Source of the DNA: an uncultured Candidatus Rokubacteria bacterium
GTDB taxonomy: Bacteria > Methylomirabilota > Methylomirabilia > Rokubacteriales > CSP1-6
Assembly: GCA_963754315.1 (NCBI GenBank)
Contig: CAVWFS010000019.1
Location: 352,001 to 416,000 of the forward strand
DNA: 64,000 nucleotides
Reading direction: 5' to 3'
The notes beneath the pieces were generated by a model. It saw nothing but the letters and a program-made list of their open reading frames with translations. It was not told the origin of the DNA and made no database searches. The first letter of the stretch is position 1, and every line of letters begins with the position of its first letter. Below, in pieces: positions 59,353 through 64,000 of this stretch. Position numbers and translations under genes: made by a program.

Positions 59353-59439
59353 CCGTCTCGGATGTTTTCGCTCGCACTGCCCCCAACGCTCTTGCGCGGC
59401 TCCGGCCGGTCGCTCCTTCGGGTGGCATCCCCGTCCAAG

Positions 59440-59525
59440 TGGTGGGGAGGGGAGGATTCGAACCTCCGAAGGCGTTCGCCAGCAGATTTACAGTCTGCCC
59501 CCTTTGGCCACTTGGGTACCTCCCC
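59440..59525 (-). tRNA. tRNA-Tyr (GTA)
   Basis: Loop CTGTAAA, long variable arm and 3' CCA. Confidence 0.96.
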
Positions 59526-59576
59526 GAAACTGCCGGCATGCGATGGAATCCCTCGACCACGCGTGACCCGAAACGC

Positions 59577-59651
59577 TGGCGCTGGCGGGAGGATTTGAAC
59601 CCCCGACCCACTGCTTACAAGGCAGTTGCTCTACCCCTGAGCTACGCCAGC
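59577..59651 (-). tRNA. tRNA-Thr (TGT)
   Basis: Loop CTTGTAA, GTTCAAATCC and 3' CCA. Confidence 0.95.
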
Positions 59652-59665
59652 ACAGACAAAACTTC

Positions 59666-59694
59666 ACTCTACTGGCAAGTTGCGATAGGGTCAA
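59666..59694 (-). promoter_or_regulatory. Sigma70 promoter of the tRNA-tuf operon
   Basis: TTGACC-17 nt-TAGAGT just upstream of tRNA-Thr; the -35 overlaps the rlmB stop codon. Confidence 0.7.
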
Positions 59695-60449
59695 GGGGTT
59701 TTGGCCTTCCTCTGGCGCCGAACTTCGTAACAGAGGGCCGCCGCTGCTGCTGCCACGTTGAGCGAGACGGCTGCTCCGACCATCGGGATCGTGAGTAGCC
59801 CATCGCAGGTCCTGGCGACCAAGGGCCGAAGCCCGTCCCCTTCGGAGCCTAGCACGAGGCAGACGGGACCCGTCAGCGAGACCTTCCAGGGAACGACGCC
59901 ACCGTTCGCGGTCCCACCGTATACCCAAATACCCGATTCTTTGAGCCTTTCCAGGACAGCTACCAAGTTACTCTCGCGGGCAACTCGGACCCGCTCGACG
60001 GCCCCCATGGCGGCCTTGGCCACGACTCCGGTCAAGCCCACGGTGTGATGCTTGGTCACAATCACCCCGTGGGCACCGAGCGCCTCGCCCGTTCTGAGGA
60101 GCGCGCCGAAGTTCCTGGGGTCCTGCACCTGATCGAGAGCGAGCAGGAAGGCTGGCTCGCTCCGCGCATTTGGAATCTCCAGAAGAGCATCCAGATCGAC
60201 ATATTCGGCGGCGGCCACGCGCGCCACCACACCCTGGTGCTGAGGCGAGCCCGCGATGGCCGTCAGCTGCTCGCGGGTGCGGAAGGACACCTTGATTCCC
60301 GCGCGGCGAGCCAGTGCTACGACCTCGGCAAGGGGACCGGAGGCTCCGGACAGGACAGCGATCTCGTCCACGCGGCGTCCGCCGCTCCGGAGCAGCTCCA
60401 GCACCGGATGCCGACCCCAGAGGCACTCCTCCGTCAGGTGCTTTTCCAC
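59691..60449 (-). CDS. rlmB: 23S rRNA (G2251-2'-O)-methyltransferase RlmB
   Basis: HQGVVA, DPRNFGALLR, GSEGDG and SLNV SPOUT motifs; follows cysS. Confidence 0.9.
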   Translation of the reverse strand: MEKHLTEECLWGRHPVLELLRSGGRRVDEIAVLSGASGPLAEVVALARRAGIKVSFRTREQLTAIAGSPQHQGVVARVAAAEYVDLDALLEIPNARSEPAFLLALDQVQDPRNFGALLRTGEALGAHGVIVTKHHTVGLTGVVAKAAMGAVERVRVARESNLVAVLERLKESGIWVYGGTANGGVVPWKVSLTGPVCLVLGSEGDGLRPLVARTCDGLLTIPMVGAAVSLNVAAAAAALCYEVRRQRKAKTP

Positions 60450-61948
60450 TTCCAGCGCGTGCCAGCCGGAGTGTCCTCGATCCGGGCCCCCATCCCTTCG
60501 AGATCGATCCTGATTGCGTCGGCGCGGCCCCATTCGCGCCGACCCCTGGCCTCGTCACGCTCAGCCACCAAGGACTCGATCCGGGCCTGGGTAGAAACCC
60601 ACCAATCGGCAGGCCCCTCATCGGACGGCGCCGTGTAGGCGTGAGACGCGCGGGCCCGCACCCGTGCCGCACCATCGGCTGACCGCGGGATGAACCCCCA
60701 CCCCTCGCGTCGAGGAGACGGCCTCTCGAGGAGCCCGAGGACGCGGGCGTGGGAGGTCAGCGCGGCGAGGGCTTCCGAAAAGGGCGCGGCCGCCCTCTTG
60801 CCCAGCACCATCTGGTCACGATACGCGTACAGCTTGCTGGTCAAGTCGAAGATCGCCGCCAGCGCCTGCGGCGTGTTGAAGTCGTCGTCCATCGCAGCCC
60901 TGAACCGCGCCGTGAAGGCCGCAACGTCTTGGACCAGGGTCCCCGCATCGGCTGGCGCGTCACCGTCCACCTCACGCTCGCCACGGACCAGATCGCGCAG
61001 ACGCTCCAAGGCGCGCGCGCTGTCATGCACCCCCTCCTCCGTCCACTCGACCGGAGCGCGGTAGTGCGTGCCGATCAGGTAAAGGCGCAACGCCTCCGGA
61101 TCATGCCGGCCGACGAGATCGCGGATTGACAGAGTGTTGCCGAGCGACTTCGACATCTTTTCGGCGCCGAGATTCACGAATCCGTTGTAGAGCCAGTAGC
61201 GCGCGAACGGCTTACTCGTGCAGGCCTCCGACTGGGCGATCTCGCACTCGTGGTGCGGAAAGACGAGATCCTCACCGCCGCCATGAATGTCGAATGACTC
61301 GCCGAGGTACTGCATGGCCATGGCCGAGCACTCGATGTGCCATCCGGGGCGGCCCCGACCCCATGGGCTCTCCCAGGAGGGCTCACCGGGTTTCGCCGAC
61401 TTCCAGAGGGCAAAATCCCGCGGGTCGCGCTTCCGCTCGTCCACCTCGACGCGTGCCCCGGACAGCAGTTCGTCGAGATTCTTCCCGGATAGCCTGCCGT
61501 AGGGGGGGAAGCGCGCGACTTCGAAGTACACGTCACCGTCGACCACGTACGCCACCTCGCGCGCCAACAGACACTGGATCAGGCTGATCATCTGAGCGAC
61601 GTGGTCGGTGGCCTTGGGCTCCACGTCGGGCTTGAGAACCCCCAGCGCCTCCATGTCCCTCTGATATTCTCTGACGTAGCGCTCGGAGACCTCGAGCGCC
61701 GAGACTCCTTCCTCGTTGGCGCGCCGGATGATCTTGTCATCGACGTCCGTGAAGTTCTTGATGAATCGAACTCGATATCCTGCGAAGGCCAAATACCGAC
61801 GGATGACGTCGAAGGCGATGGCGCTCCGCGCGTGGCCGATGTGTGAGAGGTCGTACACGGTGACTCCGCACACGTAGATCCCGACCTGACCGGGCTCGAT
61901 CGGAGTCAGTTCCTCCTTGCGGCGCGTGAAGGCGTTATAGAGCTTCAT
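60434..61948 (-). CDS. cysS: Cysteinyl-tRNA synthetase
   Basis: CGVTVY, HIGH, GWHIECS and KMSKS. Confidence 0.98.
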   Translation of the reverse strand: MKLYNAFTRRKEELTPIEPGQVGIYVCGVTVYDLSHIGHARSAIAFDVIRRYLAFAGYRVRFIKNFTDVDDKIIRRANEEGVSALEVSERYVREYQRDMEALGVLKPDVEPKATDHVAQMISLIQCLLAREVAYVVDGDVYFEVARFPPYGRLSGKNLDELLSGARVEVDERKRDPRDFALWKSAKPGEPSWESPWGRGRPGWHIECSAMAMQYLGESFDIHGGGEDLVFPHHECEIAQSEACTSKPFARYWLYNGFVNLGAEKMSKSLGNTLSIRDLVGRHDPEALRLYLIGTHYRAPVEWTEEGVHDSARALERLRDLVRGEREVDGDAPADAGTLVQDVAAFTARFRAAMDDDFNTPQALAAIFDLTSKLYAYRDQMVLGKRAAAPFSEALAALTSHARVLGLLERPSPRREGWGFIPRSADGAARVRARASHAYTAPSDEGPADWWVSTQARIESLVAERDEARGRREWGRADAIRIDLEGMGARIEDTPAGTRWKWKST

Positions 61949-62454
61949 GCGGACTCCGGACGTCCAGAGATGTTCACGTCAGCCATCTCCACCCCGACCA
62001 CGGCCATGGCGGCGATTCCCTCACGGCGGCCCAGCAGGCCGAGACCCTCAGGGCTCTTGGCCTTGACACTGACCGCGTCGATGGGGAGCATCAACGTTTC
62101 GGCCAGCCGCCTGGCCATCTCGGGCAAGTACTCGGCGAGGCGCGGTGCCTGCGCCAGTACGGTTCCATCCACGTTGACCAACCGCCCGCCGCGGGCCTCC
62201 ACCAGGGCCACCACCTCGCGAAGCAGGATCAGACTTGAGATGCCGCGATACCGGGGATCGGTGTCTGGAAAATGCCGGCCCAGGTCTCCGAGGGCAAGTG
62301 CACCGAGCAGGGCCTCGCCCACCGCGTGGGACAGCACGTCAGCATCGGAGTGACCGCCCAGTCCCCGATCCGAGGGCACCGTGACCCCGCCCAGCACCAA
62401 CGGTCTTCCCGCCACCAGCGGATGCAGATCGAAGCCGAGGCCCACTCGGGTCAT
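61945..62454 (-). CDS. ispF: 2-C-methyl-D-erythritol 2,4-cyclodiphosphate synthase
   Basis: RVGLGFDLH, GHSDADV and GDLGRHFP. Confidence 0.96.
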   Translation of the reverse strand: MTRVGLGFDLHPLVAGRPLVLGGVTVPSDRGLGGHSDADVLSHAVGEALLGALALGDLGRHFPDTDPRYRGISSLILLREVVALVEARGGRLVNVDGTVLAQAPRLAEYLPEMARRLAETLMLPIDAVSVKAKSPEGLGLLGRREGIAAMAVVGVEMADVNISGRPESA

Positions 62455-62774
62455 TGTAAAGGAGGTTGGGAGGTCGCCTTGCAGCGTGGGTGGCCTGTTC
62501 CAGGCGCGCGTGGCGTCATTGTAAAGGAGGTTGGGAGGTCGCCTTGCAGCGTGGGTGGCCTGTTCCAGGCGCGCGTGGCGTCATTGTAAAGGAGGTTGGG
62601 AGGTCGCCTTGCAGCGTGGGTGGCCTGTTCCAGGCGCGCGTGGCGTCATTGTAAAGGAGGTTGGGAGGTCGCCTTGCAGCGTGGGTGGCCTGTTCCAGGC
62701 GCGCGTGGCGTCATTGTAAAGGAGGTTGGGAGGTCGCCTTGCAGCGTGGGTGGCCTGTTCCAGGCGCGCGTGGC
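62450..62774. repeat. Five perfect tandem copies of a 65-bp unit (family B)
   Basis: TCATTGTAAAGGAGG starts at 62451, 62516, 62581, 62646 and 62711. Confidence 0.98.
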
Positions 62775-63496
62775 TGCGCCTTCGCCGCCAATTTGCTCCG
62801 CGGAATTGCCCGGGCACGGGCACGACGCAGATCCTCGGGGGTGGTGATCTTCACGTTCTGGGTGAGTCCGGGCACGACCCGTACGGGGTGCCCGAGGAGT
62901 TCCACGAGCATCGCGTCGTCGGTCCCGACGACCCCGTCACGACGGGCCTTGTCATGAGCTTCGCGCAGCAGATCGGCGCGGAAGCCTTGGGGGGTCTGGA
63001 CGGCCCACAACCCCCGGCGATCGACCGTCTGCCGAACAAGGCCGTCCTCGACCCGCTTGACCGTCTCGGCAATGGGGCGCGCGCAGACGGCAGCGCCGGT
63101 CTCGGCGGCGGCATGCAGCACCGCATCGATGAGCGACCGCGTGACAAAGGGACGTACAGCATCGTGGACGAGAACGATATCGGCATCCTCGGGCACCATC
63201 TGCAGACCACGCCACACGGACTCCTGTCGCTCGGCCCCGCCCTCGACGATACTGATGGTCACCCGCCCGCCCAAGCTCGCAAGCGCCAGGCGCGCACGTC
63301 GCAGATGGGCACGAGGGGCCGCGACCACGAGCATCGTCACCGCCGGGTGGGCAGTGAACCGGCTGGCCGTCGCGGCGAGGATTGGCTCGCCGGCCAGCCG
63401 CATGAACTGCTTGGGCACCCGTCCTCCCATCCGCGCGCCGCTGCCGCCGGCCGGGATGACGACGGCGACCCTAGGCCGTGCGCCTCGTCGCCTCAT
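62711..63496 (-). CDS. ispD: 2-C-methyl-D-erythritol 4-phosphate cytidylyltransferase
   Basis: PAGGSGARMG, PKQF, VHDAVRP, QTPQGF and KITTPEDL. Confidence 0.96.
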   Translation of the reverse strand: MRRRGARPRVAVVIPAGGSGARMGGRVPKQFMRLAGEPILAATASRFTAHPAVTMLVVAAPRAHLRRARLALASLGGRVTISIVEGGAERQESVWRGLQMVPEDADIVLVHDAVRPFVTRSLIDAVLHAAAETGAAVCARPIAETVKRVEDGLVRQTVDRRGLWAVQTPQGFRADLLREAHDKARRDGVVGTDDAMLVELLGHPVRVVPGLTQNVKITTPEDLRRARARAIPRSKLAAKAQPRAPGTGHPRCKATSQPPLQ

Positions 63497-64000
63497 CCGA
63501 GTAAGCCCTCCAGGGCCTCGGCCACGGTTGCCACTCCTTCGACCTCAAGCGGCAGCGGCGGCGGGTCAATCAGATTGCTGGCGGGCACCACGGCCCGCTG
63601 GAAGCCAAGAGCAGCAGCTTCCCGGAGTCGAATCGGCAGACCGGTCACCGCCCGCACCTCGCCGGTGAGACCGACCTCGCCCAGCACGATCACCTCGCCG
63701 CGCACGGGACGCTCCATATAGCTGGAGGCGGCTGCGATGACGATACCGAGATCGGCGGCCGGTTCCATGACCCGGCCTCCACCGGCGACGTTGACGAAGA
63801 CATCCTGGTTTCCGAGCGGGACGCCGCCGCGTTTCTCCAGCACGGCAAGCAGGAGGCACACGCGGTTGTAGTCGGCGCCGAGCACGGTCCGGCGTGGAGT
63901 GCCGAACGCGGCCGACGCGACCAGCGCCTGCAACTCGAGCAGGAGGGGCCGCGTTCCCTCCAGGCTCGACACGATGACCGAACCCGGCGTGTCCTTGGGT
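63493..64000 (-). CDS. radA: DNA repair protein RadA/Sms, C-terminal part (5' end outside the window)
   Basis: EGTRPLLLELQAL, AVLEKR and GEVGLTGEVR. Confidence 0.95.
   Translation of the reverse strand, partial: PKDTPGSVIVSSLEGTRPLLLELQALVASAAFGTPRRTVLGADYNRVCLLLAVLEKRGGVPLGNQDVFVNVAGGGRVMEPAADLGIVIAAASSYMERPVRGEVIVLGEVGLTGEVRAVTGLPIRLREAAALGFQRAVVPASNLIDPPPLPLEVEGVATVAEALEGLLG

Noticed and set aside
62450..62774. CRISPR array (the 65-bp period is CRISPR-like)
   Set aside because: The units are identical over their whole length, so there are no unique spacers, and no cas genes are in the window.
62466..62957. Repeated + strand ORFs behind the AAGGAGGT SD in the 65-bp units
   Set aside because: The TTG start overlaps the SD with no spacer, the ORFs are antisense to an essential operon, and their products only reflect the repeat.

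Overview
High-GC bacterial chromosome segment. The gene repertoire and repeat style suggest Candidatus Rokubacteria/Methylomirabilota, but that is inference only. Bases 1-26 kb are accessory and housekeeping genes: ThuA-like protein, metallophosphoesterase, PPK2, Ca2+/H+ antiporter, 2OG-Fe(II) oxygenase, small secreted proteins, ABC solute-binding proteins, an HtrA plus M16 peptidase pair, xerD, hydantoinase A/B, a sigma54 response regulator, trxA, thiL, two CNNM proteins and a dienelactone hydrolase. Bases 26-64 kb are one minus-strand core cluster: radA-ispD-ispF-cysS-rlmB, tRNA-Thr/Tyr/Gly/Thr-tuf-rpmG-tRNA-Trp-secE-nusG-rplKAJL-rpoBC-rpsLG-fusA-tuf and the complete S10, spc and alpha operons. 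The most unusual signals are non-coding. (1) Five perfect 65-bp tandem copies between ispD and ispF form a chain of four 22-aa mini-ORFs, each joined to the next by an ATGA stop/start overlap. A relative of the same unit lies between rpoB and rpoC. (2) A modular family of REP-like two-hairpin elements sits inside core operon junctions, and in four cases ends 7-9 nt before the downstream Shine-Dalgarno (SD). Five single-base indels (ppk2, a lipoprotein, hyuA, one tuf copy, fusA) look like assembly errors. No CRISPR array, transposase, intein or rRNA was seen.
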